64,000 nt of DNA from an uncultured Cytophagaceae bacterium (GCA_903907745.1 CAIVPF010000035.1:7215-71214); one strand, 5' to 3'; shown: positions 37,501 to 48,266, counted from the stretch's first letter. Notes: a model not told the origin generated them from the sequence alone. Program-made: numbers and translations.

Positions 37501-37941
37501 ATGAATAATTTAACTTTTGCCGTAGGCGGTGATCATGCCGGATTTGATTACAAAGATTCTTTAATTCAGTTTCTACAGGAATTACAAATCCATGTCAAAG
37601 ATTGTGGAACTTATTCTGCGGATTCCGTAGATTATCCAGATTTTGCACATCCCGTGGCGGCTGCGGTGGAATCTGGGGAAGTGAATTTTGGTTTATTACT
37701 CTGCGGAAGTGCCAATGGGGTCGCGATTACGGCCAATAAGCATCAAGGAATTCGGGCAGGTTTAGCTTGGAATGTGGAAGTGGCGAAATTAGTGCGTCAA
37801 CATAACAATGCCAACGTCCTTTGTCTCCCCGTACGTTTTATCTCCTTAGACGAAGCAAAAGCATGTTTGAAGGCTTTTATTGAAACCGATTTTGAAGGTG
37901 GACGTCATCAGGGACGCGTGAATAAAATCGCTTGCGTTTAA
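37501..37941 (+). CDS. rpiB: Ribose 5-phosphate isomerase B
   Basis: GGDHAG, SVDYPD, CGSANG, ANKHQGIRA, RQHNNANVLC, FEGGRHQGRV. Confidence 0.96.
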   Translation: MNNLTFAVGGDHAGFDYKDSLIQFLQELQIHVKDCGTYSADSVDYPDFAHPVAAAVESGEVNFGLLLCGSANGVAITANKHQGIRAGLAWNVEVAKLVRQHNNANVLCLPVRFISLDEAKACLKAFIETDFEGGRHQGRVNKIACV

Positions 37942-39308
37942 TTTTCCCGCTTATATAAATTAGGTCCAACTAAATGATAATCCTTCGTCCAATCTGGTAA
38001 ATAGGGACTTATGCGATTGAAATTTTGTTCTGGGTCATAAATGTAGCTAGGTTTTACCCGGCTCAAATAATCCTGTAAAATTACGATGGTTTTATATTGA
38101 TCTATTTCGGAAAAAAGCGATTTAGAAAGGTCCCAATTGACGAAAGGGCCGACCATTTCATTTTGTTGATACTCCTCTAATTGTGGTCCCAATACCAATA
38201 GCTTTTGATTCGAAAGACCTAATTTCGCTTTTTCTAGGCGTTGGGCACCCTGCTGATTCCACTCGGTTTTTAAACTGAAAAATAAGCTGGCCAATATCAC
38301 CCAAATCAGTAATTCTTTTTTCCAATAGCCCCGGTATAAATAACAAAGATTGAGGGCAAAATAGGCCAAAGACGGTAATAGAAAAACCATATGGATTACT
38401 TTCAAAGAGGGAACTGTAAATAAGGTGAGCAGGCAGGTGAATAGCCAGATCAAGTTAGTTTGTTGGGCCTTCTGCGCATTTGAACGTATTTTATTGCTTC
38501 GAATCACTTGATACAGTCCGACTAAACCGAAGAATAGGCAAGGGCCGAAACCTAAAGCCAAAGATTTGATGTCGATGTTGGATGGAATTTGAAATCGGAA
38601 GGACGAATTCCGGTAAACTTCAAGGAAATTTGCCAAATTTCCTTGGTAAGAAAAGACCATTCCTGCGCTTATCAGGATGATGATGAAGCCGATGCCAAGG
38701 AGTAAAATTTGACGAATGCTTATACTCGAATAAAATAGTAAACTTAACATCGCCCAAAAAATAAATAAGGAATAACTCAAATAGCATAAACTGGCGATTC
38801 CGATAAATAAACCGATGAGGAAAACGCGGTCATTGACTTGCAAGGTACTTTGCTGCGCCATAATTTCACGCCAGGCCAATAATAAAAAAGTGAGTCCTAA
38901 AATGGCACCATTGGGAACGAATAATTCGAATGAACTATGTAAAAAAACGAGGTAAATGAAAAAGGGTAAATTGCCCAATGGAGGCATGAGGTCGTAGCGT
39001 GAGATGGTACTTTGAAAAACATAGGCTTGAAAAAAAACAACAGCGAGGTTAATCGGGGCATTCCAAAAAAAGGAAATTGAAAAAAAATCCAATACTTGGA
39101 AAAAATTAGCCGTTAGCGGTCCCGTATTGTCGCGAATATCTTGGTATAAACGATAGCCTTTGTTCAAATTTTGTCCAATCAGGTAGTTTTTGAATTCCCA
39201 AATAAATGGCGCTACGTCTGCCTGGGCATAGCTCAAAATAGCTAGGCTAACTCCAATAAGGAGAAAAAGGAATGCAGAGCTCGACTTGTAAGATAAAAAT
39301 TGAAACAT
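37938..39308 (-). CDS. Multi-pass membrane protein of unknown function (possibly GT-C fold)
   Basis: 456 aa with about 10 hydrophobic segments; early loop LYQDIRDNTGPL; soluble C-terminal domain. Confidence 0.75.
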   Translation of the reverse strand: MFQFLSYKSSSAFLFLLIGVSLAILSYAQADVAPFIWEFKNYLIGQNLNKGYRLYQDIRDNTGPLTANFFQVLDFFSISFFWNAPINLAVVFFQAYVFQSTISRYDLMPPLGNLPFFIYLVFLHSSFELFVPNGAILGLTFLLLAWREIMAQQSTLQVNDRVFLIGLFIGIASLCYLSYSLFIFWAMLSLLFYSSISIRQILLLGIGFIIILISAGMVFSYQGNLANFLEVYRNSSFRFQIPSNIDIKSLALGFGPCLFFGLVGLYQVIRSNKIRSNAQKAQQTNLIWLFTCLLTLFTVPSLKVIHMVFLLPSLAYFALNLCYLYRGYWKKELLIWVILASLFFSLKTEWNQQGAQRLEKAKLGLSNQKLLVLGPQLEEYQQNEMVGPFVNWDLSKSLFSEIDQYKTIVILQDYLSRVKPSYIYDPEQNFNRISPYLPDWTKDYHLVGPNLYKREN

Positions 39309-39398
39309 ATTTCTCTTTTGGAATTACTAAATTACGGTGATTCCAATTATTATTGTGAAATTTGTTGGATTTTTGAGAAGAAACGAATCGGAGCAATT

Positions 39399-39782
39399 AT
39401 GGAAAGTAAGCGTCAACAAAAATACGGAAGACAAATTCAAAAGGATTTAAGTGATATCTTTCAAAAGGAATGCAAAGAGATTTTTGGCCAAGGGATGGTC
39501 ACCATTACCGATGTTAAAATCAGTCCTGACCTTTCAGCGGCGCGTTGTTATTTAAGTTTTTTATTAGTAGACAATCCGCAGCGCATCATGGATGAGCTGG
39601 AGTATAAAAATAAAATGGTTCGCAATGCCTTGGCGAATCGCATCCGTAAACAGGTTCGAATCATACCGACCTTGTCTTTCTTTTTGGATGATACAGCTGC
39701 TTATGCGGCTAAAATTGAGGCTTTGTTTGAAGGTTTGGTGATTCCACCAGCCCCCTTATCTGATTCTGAAGACGAAGATTAA
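39399..39782 (+). CDS. rbfA: 30S ribosome-binding factor RbfA
   Basis: MESKRQQK, ITDVKISPDLS, RKQVRIIPTLSFFLD; start set at ATG 39399. Confidence 0.93.
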   Translation: MESKRQQKYGRQIQKDLSDIFQKECKEIFGQGMVTITDVKISPDLSAARCYLSFLLVDNPQRIMDELEYKNKMVRNALANRIRKQVRIIPTLSFFLDDTAAYAAKIEALFEGLVIPPAPLSDSEDED

Positions 39783-39794
39783 ATTTTTAAGACC

Positions 39795-41027
39795 TTGAAC
39801 GTACCCTTATTTATTGCGAAAAGATATTTTGGGTCTAAAAAGAAGGCGAGTTTTATCACCTTGATTTCGCGTATTTCCATGGTAGGCGTGGGCGTGGAGG
39901 TGATGGCGCTTATTTTGATATTGTCCGTATTTAATGGCCTGGAAGATTTTCAGAAAGGGATTTTTAAAACCTATGATCCCGACATTAAAATCGTACAATC
40001 GGACGTTTCCCGTATTCAGCTTAGTCCAGATAAATTAGCCCAAATTCAGCGTATTCCGGGAATTCAACATATACATCCGGTTCTCGAAGATCAAGCCTTA
40101 ATTCGTTATGGTAAAAAACAATTAGTTGTTAAATTCAAAGGCGTCGATTCTACGTTCCTCGCCTCAGGTCGATTAAAAAAACAGGTTGTCGAAGGCGATT
40201 ATTTTTTACAAGAAGGCGATCAATCCTTTGGTTTGGTAGGAATAGGCGTGTTTTTAAGTATGGGAATGAGTTTTGAAAATACGCTTGAGCCCATCGAGGC
40301 CTGGTATCCGGATCATCGTTCTTTGAAAAATTTCTCGATTCGCGAGGAATCCATTCGGAGTAATTTGTTTTTCCCTTCGGGGGTCTTAGAGGTGGAACAG
40401 AATTTTGATAATCAAACCATTGTAGTTCCTTTGAAATGGATGAATGATTTAGTCGGGGCGGAAGGGAAATTATCGGCCTATGAGATCATGGTAAGCCCAG
40501 GGATGGATGAACGTACGGTGCAGGATCAATTGAAAAAATCATTAGGTGCTCGTTATCAAGTGCAAACACGGGATGAGCAGCATGCGATGTTACTTCGAGC
40601 GATCAAAATCGAAAAACTTTTTGTGTTTTTGATTATGGCCTTTGTGATGGGGATAGCTTCTTTTACGTTGTTTTATGCGCTTTCCTTGTTGGTGATCGAG
40701 AAAAGAAAAGATTTAAAGACTTTATTGGCGCTTGGCATAAGTCCGAAGCAATTATTCAATTTATTTATGTGGGTCGGATTTTTAATCAGCTTTTCAGGTG
40801 CTTGTTTGGGAATGCTGTTGGGTTTCGCATTGGGTTGGGGACAGCAGCGATTCGGTTGGATTGGCCTTGGCATTGAAAATGCGCTCATAGATGCCTATCC
40901 CATCAAAATGGAGCTGATGGATTTTATTTGGACAGCTTTAGTTGTCATGATGGTCACCACCCTAGCTTCCGTGTTTCCGGCCAGAAAAGCCGTCCAAATG
41001 ACCTTTCGGGCTAAGCAGGGGGATTAA
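39795..41027 (+). CDS. LolC/E-FtsX family ABC transporter permease
   Basis: LFIAKRYF, LSVFNG, periplasmic domain, EKLFVFLI, EKRKD..TL.ALG, YP, PARKA. Confidence 0.9.
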   Translation: MNVPLFIAKRYFGSKKKASFITLISRISMVGVGVEVMALILILSVFNGLEDFQKGIFKTYDPDIKIVQSDVSRIQLSPDKLAQIQRIPGIQHIHPVLEDQALIRYGKKQLVVKFKGVDSTFLASGRLKKQVVEGDYFLQEGDQSFGLVGIGVFLSMGMSFENTLEPIEAWYPDHRSLKNFSIREESIRSNLFFPSGVLEVEQNFDNQTIVVPLKWMNDLVGAEGKLSAYEIMVSPGMDERTVQDQLKKSLGARYQVQTRDEQHAMLLRAIKIEKLFVFLIMAFVMGIASFTLFYALSLLVIEKRKDLKTLLALGISPKQLFNLFMWVGFLISFSGACLGMLLGFALGWGQQRFGWIGLGIENALIDAYPIKMELMDFIWTALVVMMVTTLASVFPARKAVQMTFRAKQGD

Positions 41028-42243
41028 ATTCACCTTCCCACTTCGAAACAACACAAGTCGCCACACCATTTCCAGCCACTGAAGTCACCGTTCTACCCAT
41101 ATCTAAAAATGGGTCCACACCTAATAAAAGTGCGATTCCTTCCGCGGGCAAATTAAACATGGTAAGCGTTCCGGCAATGATCACCAAGGAGGCCCGTGGC
41201 ACGCCCGCAATCCCTTTGGATGTAATCATGAGGGTTAATAGCATGGTGATTTGTTGCTCTAAACTCAAGTGCACACCATAGGCCTGGGCGATAAATCCCG
41301 TAGCGAAGGTCATGTACAACATCGACCCATCTAAATTAAAGCTATAGCCGAGCGGTAGAACAAAGCCGACAATCCGCCTGCTGCAACCAAATCTCTCCAA
41401 TGCCGCAATCGTTTGAGGGAATGAAGCCTCTGAACTGGCTGTGGAGAAAGAAATCAATAAGGCCTCCTTTAATTCTTTTAATAATTTCCAATATGGAATG
41501 CCATTGAATATACAAATGAGCCATAAAATCACCACGGTGAAAAACAATAAGCCCCCTAAAAAGCAAATCATTAAATAGCCATAGGAGATTAAAATAGTTA
41601 GGCCTTTGTTGGCAACAACCGTGGTCATCGCCGCAAATACCGCATAAGGGGCCACTTCCATCACATAATTCACCATTTTGAATACGACCTCGGCTAAATT
41701 TTCAATCACATGAATGAGCTTTTTGCCAGTTTCGCCAATCGCCCCTAAGGCCACCCCAAAAAACAAGGAAAAAATAACAATTTGAAGGATTTCATTGTCT
41801 GCTAAGGCTTTGAAAAAACTGTCAGGAAAAATGTGCAGAATGAAATCTTCTAAGGATTTGGTTTTCGAGCCGTCGATGCCCGTTTCGGTTCCCGCGGCGG
41901 GTTTAGGCCAACTTTGTAAACTCCCCGGCTTCGTCACATTCACTACCACCAATCCGGTTACTAATGATAATATGGTTGCAAAGTAAAAATAGCCGATGGT
42001 TTTTATGCCGATTCGGCCAACCGCCTTGAAATCACCTAATTTCGCAATCCCAACCACTAAGGTGCAAAACACCAAGGGCCCCACGATCATTTTGATCAGA
42101 CGTAAAAATATCTTGGAAACGACTTGAACCTTTGTGGCTAAATCATGACTCACTTCAGGCGTGAAATTTAGGAAAAAAATCTCCCCTAAAATGAGACCTA
42201 GAATGAATCCGATGATGATTTTATTGGTAAGACTTAGTTTCAT
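41011..42243 (-). CDS. Dicarboxylate/amino acid:cation symporter (GltP-like)
   Basis: IFLRLIKMIVGPLVF, FSTASSEAS, GYSFNLDGS, SKGIAGVPRAS, GVDPFLDMGRT. Confidence 0.92.
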   Translation of the reverse strand: MKLSLTNKIIIGFILGLILGEIFFLNFTPEVSHDLATKVQVVSKIFLRLIKMIVGPLVFCTLVVGIAKLGDFKAVGRIGIKTIGYFYFATILSLVTGLVVVNVTKPGSLQSWPKPAAGTETGIDGSKTKSLEDFILHIFPDSFFKALADNEILQIVIFSLFFGVALGAIGETGKKLIHVIENLAEVVFKMVNYVMEVAPYAVFAAMTTVVANKGLTILISYGYLMICFLGGLLFFTVVILWLICIFNGIPYWKLLKELKEALLISFSTASSEASFPQTIAALERFGCSRRIVGFVLPLGYSFNLDGSMLYMTFATGFIAQAYGVHLSLEQQITMLLTLMITSKGIAGVPRASLVIIAGTLTMFNLPAEGIALLLGVDPFLDMGRTVTSVAGNGVATCVVSKWEGEFNPPA

Positions 42244-42682
42244 GGTTTAGATATTTTTTATAAAAAGGTTTTCGATAAAGCATCATTCCCCATAACATCG
42301 GGAATAATAGGTAGTCCAAAATAATAAATTTAGTTTGATATGTCACAAAATCTTCCACGATACAGGTTTTTTCACTCACCGAAATGATTGAATGCACATG
42401 TTTCCATGATTGAATGCCAAAGGGGACAATTCGGCCTTCGTCGATAAAATATATTTTTTCAGCTGTTTCTTGGGATTCCGTTATGTGGGATGTCCACAAA
42501 ATTTTCATGCCGAATACCTGGATTTCTAATTCGACTTCATCGCCTCGTAGGCAACCGTCGAATCGACGAATATGAACCTTCGGAAATGGCGGTGAAATTT
42601 TAAGTAAGAGGGATTTGTCAAATTGGGCCCAAACATCCCTCATGCTGGCAGAAACTGGGGTTTGGATTTTGAATTGAGGCAT
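42221..42682 (-). CDS. SRPBCC/START-like protein
   Basis: LLLKISPPFP, WTSHITE, FIDEG..PF...WKHVH, D.V. Confidence 0.7.
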   Translation of the reverse strand: MPQFKIQTPVSASMRDVWAQFDKSLLLKISPPFPKVHIRRFDGCLRGDEVELEIQVFGMKILWTSHITESQETAEKIYFIDEGRIVPFGIQSWKHVHSIISVSEKTCIVEDFVTYQTKFIILDYLLFPMLWGMMLYRKPFYKKYLNHETKSYQ

Positions 42683-42972
42683 TAAAGGGCACTTATTATT
42701 TTAATGATACCGCTTAAAATTGCTTTTATGCCCATTAAAATGTATTTGGACCACTCGATCGAGGAATCCTTTTGTTCCTTGCTCGCTTCTGATGGAGAAC
42801 CTTCCGCGTTTACATTTTTGGATTGAAGCGCGAGACTTTGTTTTTGAGCGCGCAGAACAGAATCTTGTTGGGATATGGTAAATTTCGGTCTGAAAACCGA
42901 ATATTCAATTAAGCCAAAGCTACTTAAAAAAAGAAAGGAAACGAGTGCAAAAATGATGATTTTAGATTTCAT
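42682..42972 (-). CDS. Hypothetical protein (N-terminal signal or anchor)
   Basis: 96 aa; TAATG coupling with both neighbours. Confidence 0.65.
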   Translation of the reverse strand: MKSKIIIFALVSFLFLSSFGLIEYSVFRPKFTISQQDSVLRAQKQSLALQSKNVNAEGSPSEASKEQKDSSIEWSKYILMGIKAILSGIIKIISAL

Positions 42973-43649
42973 TATTTGATCTTTTGTTGGGCGGATTCTA
43001 TTTTTTTTGTTTGGTCAATGATGGCCTGTTCGCTGGCTTTTTGATCTAATTTATTTTGTTCTTGGTTGGCTAAAATCTTTTCCTTTTCGACTTTAGTTTC
43101 TTCTAACTTCTTGACTAACAAATCAGTTTGTCTTTTGTTTGAATCTAATTCCCGGATATGGCGCTCAGCTAATCGTTCTTGTTTGATTTTTGTCTTTTTT
43201 AATTCGGCTAATTTCGCTTCCTCGATCCGGACATTTTCTTCTAGGCTGAGGCTTTGAAGGAATTCTTCTACCCATTCAGTGGCCTCTCGATATTTGTTAT
43301 GCCCCGTTTGAATAAATGAATCGGGTCCCGTGGCGATGGAAATGAAAAGTTTGACTTTGTCTTTATCTTCTGTAATGATGGACGTTAAAGCGACTGGGTC
43401 ATTTGAAATGGTAGGAATCTTAGCTTTTAAAACTACGATGGAACCAGCCCGACCACTTTCCACGGTGCCCGCTTTTTTTAAGAATTCTTTCCAAGCTATG
43501 CTGGAAATTCGTTCCTCAGAGGGTAAATAGGTGTAAAATCCTTGTTTTTTGGTTTTTTCAATTTCCGCGGTTCCCGAAAATATTTGGGAATGTGCGCTAA
43601 GGCTGGCGAATAGACAAATCAAACCGAAAAATAAGCATTTCATAGGCAT
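42972..43649 (-). CDS. Hypothetical secreted protein with C-terminal coiled coil
   Basis: Signal peptide (ASLSAHS-Q); K/E/Q-rich heptad tail. Confidence 0.75.
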   Translation of the reverse strand: MPMKCLFFGLICLFASLSAHSQIFSGTAEIEKTKKQGFYTYLPSEERISSIAWKEFLKKAGTVESGRAGSIVVLKAKIPTISNDPVALTSIITEDKDKVKLFISIATGPDSFIQTGHNKYREATEWVEEFLQSLSLEENVRIEEAKLAELKKTKIKQERLAERHIRELDSNKRQTDLLVKKLEETKVEKEKILANQEQNKLDQKASEQAIIDQTKKIESAQQKIK

Positions 43650-43674
43650 TTGGGTTGATGAATTTCAAAATTAA

Positions 43675-44856
43675 TCAAAAATCACGATTAAAATTGCATT
43701 TTTCTGTAATCGCTATTTCCATTTTTTGAAGATGATTTTGATAGGCGAAAAGGTAAATAGATCCGCCATCTTTCAATTTTATTTTTTTGCGAATTTCTTC
43801 GGGTTTTAAAGGAAAATTTCGGGTATGAATATGGGCTTGTCGACCCGGAATTTGTTCTCCAATCCATTGACTATCAAAAGGTCCTTTGGCGATCACCCGA
43901 TAGGATTTTCCGGGGGCCTCTTCGATGGCCTGTTCTGAGGTATATAAATGGGTGTTTATGTGTAATTTTTGAAATCCCAATGATTGGATGGATTTAAAGA
44001 ATCCAGCTTTTAAAATACCTGGGTGCGCTTCGAAGATGAAATTTTTGAGTTCTCCGATGGAATTTTGGAGTGATTTTTCTGTAGCGAGATCTCCGACAAA
44101 TAGCTTTCTAGGTTCAGGATGTAATTCAATTACCTGGATCTTAGGCTCCAGACTTGCCTGCTTTGATTTAAGGAAAAGCAATTCTTTGACCTCGTTTTTC
44201 ATACAAATCACCCAAACCTGATCCACGCCTTCTAATTCTTTGATGGCCCTTTCGATATCTAACAAAGGACTTGTTTTGATTAATAATTGCGTATCTCCCT
44301 GAATGAAAGGTAAAAATTCGAGGGCATTGGGCTCACAGTCTTTAAATAAAAGTACTTTATCACCTTTCGTGTTTCGTCTGGCTGGATCTAGGTAGATAAA
44401 ATCAAAGGCTTGGGGATTTGATTTTAGATAGGCAAGGCTGTCCCCATGAACATGGTCGATGTTTGTCAATCCCAATACCGAATGATTATGAGCGGTGATG
44501 GCTTGTAAATCGGTTTGCCTCTCTACATAAACCACCTGCGACGCTTTTTTCGCAAAAGCGGCAGCGTCCACGCCCATACCGCCGCTCGCGTCGAGCACAT
44601 TTCCATGTACGAGATTAGCTTTAAAGGCTGCCGTCGCTTCCGATGAGGCTTGTTCCAAAGAAATGCTGGCAGGGAAATAGAGGCTTGGATGACTGGTCCA
44701 GGTTGGTAATTTTTGATTTAATTTTTGCCGCGCCTGAATCTGTGAAGCGAGTAGGCTGACGTTTAAAGAAGGATATTTTTTTCCTGATAAAGCGATTTGA
44801 TGAGGATCCTGGTCCGCATGTGCTTGGATGAAATTCTGTTCCTCTTGGCTTAACAT
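43675..44856 (-). CDS. Class I SAM-dependent methyltransferase with THUMP-like C-terminus
   Basis: SLEQASSE, VLDASGGMGVD (motif I), IYLDPARR, LIKTSPLLDI. Confidence 0.85.
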   Translation of the reverse strand: MLSQEEQNFIQAHADQDPHQIALSGKKYPSLNVSLLASQIQARQKLNQKLPTWTSHPSLYFPASISLEQASSEATAAFKANLVHGNVLDASGGMGVDAAAFAKKASQVVYVERQTDLQAITAHNHSVLGLTNIDHVHGDSLAYLKSNPQAFDFIYLDPARRNTKGDKVLLFKDCEPNALEFLPFIQGDTQLLIKTSPLLDIERAIKELEGVDQVWVICMKNEVKELLFLKSKQASLEPKIQVIELHPEPRKLFVGDLATEKSLQNSIGELKNFIFEAHPGILKAGFFKSIQSLGFQKLHINTHLYTSEQAIEEAPGKSYRVIAKGPFDSQWIGEQIPGRQAHIHTRNFPLKPEEIRKKIKLKDGGSIYLFAYQNHLQKMEIAITEKCNFNRDF

Positions 44857-44929
44857 GTCACAAAAATAGCGAAAGTATGGATTAACTATTATTTTTAATT
44901 AAATTCAATCTTCAAAATAAAAACAGCTC

Positions 44930-45406
44930 ATGGCCATTTATAATTTACAGGTTAATACAAAAAAACATCGCGTGGATGTCGATAGTGACACCCCGCTTTT
45001 ATGGGTAATTCGGGATGAAATTGGATATAAAGGAACAAAATTTGGATGTGGTATGGGCCTCTGTGGCGCCTGCACCGTTTTATTAAATGGGCAAGCCATT
45101 CGCTCGTGTTCTACGCCTGTTTCTTCGTTAAAAGCAGGCGATAAAGTACTAACGATCGAAGGACTCTCTGCGGATGTGACGCATCCTGTGCAAAAAGCCT
45201 GGATCGAGGCGCAAGTTCCTCAGTGTGGCTATTGCCAATCGGGTCAAGTCTTAGCCGCTGCTGCTTTATTAGCTACGAATTCGAATCCTAGTGATGCGGA
45301 AATCGACATGGCCATGGCGGGTAATATTTGTCGCTGCGGAACTTATCAAAAAATGCGTGAAGCGGTTCATAGCGCGGCTAAAAATCTACAAACTAAAAAA
45401 TCCTAA
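44930..45406 (+). CDS. (2Fe-2S)-binding small subunit, IorA/CoxS type
   Basis: [31 protein letters not shown]. Confidence 0.95.
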   Translation: MAIYNLQVNTKKHRVDVDSDTPLLWVIRDEIGYKGTKFGCGMGLCGACTVLLNGQAIRSCSTPVSSLKAGDKVLTIEGLSADVTHPVQKAWIEAQVPQCGYCQSGQVLAAAALLATNSNPSDAEIDMAMAGNICRCGTYQKMREAVHSAAKNLQTKKS

Positions 45407-45408
45407 GT

Positions 45409-47610
45409 ATGAAAAAGATCAATGAAACATCTCGTCGGGATTTTATTAAATTATCCGCGCAGGCAACCGCCTTTTTAGCTATTGGATTTTCAAGCAAGGC
45501 TTCGAATGAATTGGTCAAATTGGCCAATAAAAGTGCTTTAGGTATTGAATTAAACCCCTATATTTTAATTAATGAATTAGGTAAAGTTACTTTATTCAAT
45601 GCCCGTCCAGATATGGGGCAGGGGACTTTTCAAGCGCTTCCATTGTTGATCGCTGAAGAATTAGAGGTTCGTTTGGACCAAGTGGATATTCAAATGTCGG
45701 ACGGTTCCGGAAAATTCGGTTCTCAATTATCGGGCGGATCATCGTCGGTAAAAACGCGTTGGATTCCGATGCGGACGGCAGGTGCGGCGGCGAAGGAAAT
45801 GCTTGTTCAGACAGCAGCTAAACGTTGGAATGTCTCTGTTTCCGATTGTTATGCCAAAGAAGGCGCGGTCTATAAAAAAGGCAGTACCGTGAAATTAGGC
45901 TACGGGGAATTGGTAGAAGAGGCGTCAAAACTGCCCGTGCCGACCCAACCCCGCCTAAAAGCACATTCCGAATTCACGCAAATCGGCAAATCCATTCCTC
46001 GCCCCGATGTTCCTTCAAAAGTGGACGGAACAGCCGTTTTCGGGATGGATGTTCAGGTTCCTGGAATGTTATATGCGAGTTTGGTTCATTCCCCTACGAT
46101 TTATGGAAAAGTGAAATCTTTTTCGGCAGAAAAATCGATGGCCGTGAAAGGGGTTCGCTTTGTCGTGAAGACCGAACGAAATTTTTACCATGGACCATTT
46201 CCAACAGAAGCCTTCAAGGCAAAGGCCAAAACTGAGGCCGTGGCCGTGGTGGCCGAATCGTATTGGGCAGCTTTAAAAGGGAAGAAATTGGTGGAGGTGA
46301 ATTGGTCGACTGAGGGTGCTGAAACTACCTCGACTGACGAGTTTTTCCTGCGTGCGAATGAAGCAGCTAAAAAGGAAGGAGCGGAATATAAAGATGCGAA
46401 AGTGGGGGATGTGTCAAAAGCCTTTGCCATTTCTGAAAAATTAATTCAGGCGCAATATCAAAGCCCTTTCTTAGCTCATGCGGCCATGGAGCCGGTGAAT
46501 GCGACGGTATATGTGCAAGATGATTCGGTGGAAGTTTGGGCACCGGTGCAAGGTCCAGATGCTTTGGTGGAGGAATTAGCCACGTATTTGGGTATTAAAA
46601 AGGAGCGTGTGAAGATCAATGTTACCTTTTTAGGAGGGGCATTTGGTCGGAAAGCATATTATGATTTTGTGTTGGAAGCGGCACATATTTCGAAACAAGT
46701 GAATGCACCGGTCAAATTGATTTGGACGCGGGAGGAGGATATGCAACAGGGCCCTTATCGCCCTGGTATGATTTCTGCGATGAAGGGTGGATTAGATGAG
46801 AAAGGAAATATTCTTGGATTTGAACATAAATTAGTTGGCGCATCGATCATGACATCGGTTTTTAAATTTGACATGACTGGGAAAAGTGATCCTTGGGCTG
46901 GCGAGGGTATAAATTTAGAAGATAGTCCTTATGCGTTTCCATCACGTCGAAATTCCTTTGAATATGTGGCGCCGAATCTGCCGATGTTATGGTGGCGCTC
47001 GGTGTATGCGTCGACCAATTTATTTGGTCATGAAAGTTTTGTGGATGAATTAGCCCATGCGGCGAAAAAAGATCCATTGGATGTGCGGATGAGCTTGTTG
47101 GAAAAATCCCCTCGTTTCATCGCTGTTCTAGAGAAATTAGCTCAAATCTCGAATTATCGGTCCAAAAGAGCCAAAGGCCTTGGCATTGGAATCGCCATCG
47201 CGCGATCTTTTTCGAGTATCGCAGCCCATGCATTTGAGGTGGAAAAAAATGGAAAGGGTATTCGGATGAAGGAGGTGTTTTCGGTGATTGATTGTGGAAC
47301 CCCTGTTAATCCGGCGAATATTATTGCGCAGGTACAAAGTAATATAGTCTATGGCTTAACGGCAACGATTAAAAACGAAATTAGGGTCGTTAAAGGGCAG
47401 GTTCAGAATTCGAATTTCAATGACTATGCGGTTTTACGACAAGGTGAAATCCCGAAAATGACCGTTCATGTGATGGAAAGCACGGATGTACCAGGTGGGG
47501 TAGGCGAACCCGGCTTGCCTCCAGTCGCGCCGGCTTTATGTAATGCGATTTTTAATTTGACAGGGAAGCGCATTCGGACACTGCCTTTTGATCTGGAGCA
47601 AATCGGATGA
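45409..47610 (+). CDS. Xanthine dehydrogenase family molybdopterin-binding subunit, IorB type
   Basis: Tat-like SRRDFIK; [37 protein letters not shown]. Confidence 0.93.
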   Translation: MKKINETSRRDFIKLSAQATAFLAIGFSSKASNELVKLANKSALGIELNPYILINELGKVTLFNARPDMGQGTFQALPLLIAEELEVRLDQVDIQMSDGSGKFGSQLSGGSSSVKTRWIPMRTAGAAAKEMLVQTAAKRWNVSVSDCYAKEGAVYKKGSTVKLGYGELVEEASKLPVPTQPRLKAHSEFTQIGKSIPRPDVPSKVDGTAVFGMDVQVPGMLYASLVHSPTIYGKVKSFSAEKSMAVKGVRFVVKTERNFYHGPFPTEAFKAKAKTEAVAVVAESYWAALKGKKLVEVNWSTEGAETTSTDEFFLRANEAAKKEGAEYKDAKVGDVSKAFAISEKLIQAQYQSPFLAHAAMEPVNATVYVQDDSVEVWAPVQGPDALVEELATYLGIKKERVKINVTFLGGAFGRKAYYDFVLEAAHISKQVNAPVKLIWTREEDMQQGPYRPGMISAMKGGLDEKGNILGFEHKLVGASIMTSVFKFDMTGKSDPWAGEGINLEDSPYAFPSRRNSFEYVAPNLPMLWWRSVYASTNLFGHESFVDELAHAAKKDPLDVRMSLLEKSPRFIAVLEKLAQISNYRSKRAKGLGIGIAIARSFSSIAAHAFEVEKNGKGIRMKEVFSVIDCGTPVNPANIIAQVQSNIVYGLTATIKNEIRVVKGQVQNSNFNDYAVLRQGEIPKMTVHVMESTDVPGGVGEPGLPPVAPALCNAIFNLTGKRIRTLPFDLEQIG

Positions 47611-48212
47611 TCGGATTAATTTTAGCTGCGGGTCGTTCCTCTAGGTTAGGAGAGCCAAAGATTTTGATTCAGTATGAGGGAAAGAGTTTGTTGGAGCGTA
47701 CGTGCCAACAAGCCCTTTCTGTTTGTTCTGAAATTTTAGTCTTAATCGGGGCCGAAACCGAAAAGTCCTCTCAAATTTTAAATCGATTGCAAGCTGCAAA
47801 TCCCAAGGTTCATTTTACTATATCTGAACATTGGTCGGAGGGGATGGGTTCGACACTGGCGGAGGGATTACGAATGTTGTCAGATAAGCAGGAAGATATC
47901 ATGGTCATGCTTTGCGATTTGCCTTTTATTGAGGCCTCGCATTTATCTGCCCTTCAAAATGCCAAACAATTACATCCTCAGCTTTTTATCGTTTCGGATT
48001 TTGGTGGACAAATGTCTCCACCGGTGGTGATTCCGCAGCATTTCCAACCTCAGTTTTATCATTGGAAAGGTGAAAAAGGGCTCGGTGAAATTTGGCATAA
48101 ACAGGCGAAAGATGTGTTATATTGCCATTTTAATGTACAATATAAGGATTTGGATACGCCGGATGATAAGGCTTATTGGCGGGTGGTTGAAATACAAAAT
48201 ACTGTCGATTAG
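47607..48212 (+). CDS. MocA/MobA-like nucleotidyltransferase
   Basis: [36 protein letters not shown]. Confidence 0.85.
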   Translation: MIGLILAAGRSSRLGEPKILIQYEGKSLLERTCQQALSVCSEILVLIGAETEKSSQILNRLQAANPKVHFTISEHWSEGMGSTLAEGLRMLSDKQEDIMVMLCDLPFIEASHLSALQNAKQLHPQLFIVSDFGGQMSPPVVIPQHFQPQFYHWKGEKGLGEIWHKQAKDVLYCHFNVQYKDLDTPDDKAYWRVVEIQNTVD

Positions 48213-48258
48213 AGACACATATTTGTGCTTGGATTTTGGGTCTCCACGTGGAAATTAT

Positions 48259-48266
48259 TACCTTTG
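48259..48266 (+). promoter_or_regulatory. Bacteroidota -7 promoter box (TACCTTTG) upstream of purL
   Basis: Exact TAnnTTTG, 47 nt upstream of GTG 48314. Confidence 0.55.

Noticed and set aside
39300-39398. N-terminal extensions of rbfA, guaA, lysA, ogt, osmC and the lolC-like gene in the ORF track
   Set aside because: Artefacts of choosing the most upstream start codon; downstream ATGs match family N-termini and, for lysA and ogt, the -7 promoter boxes.
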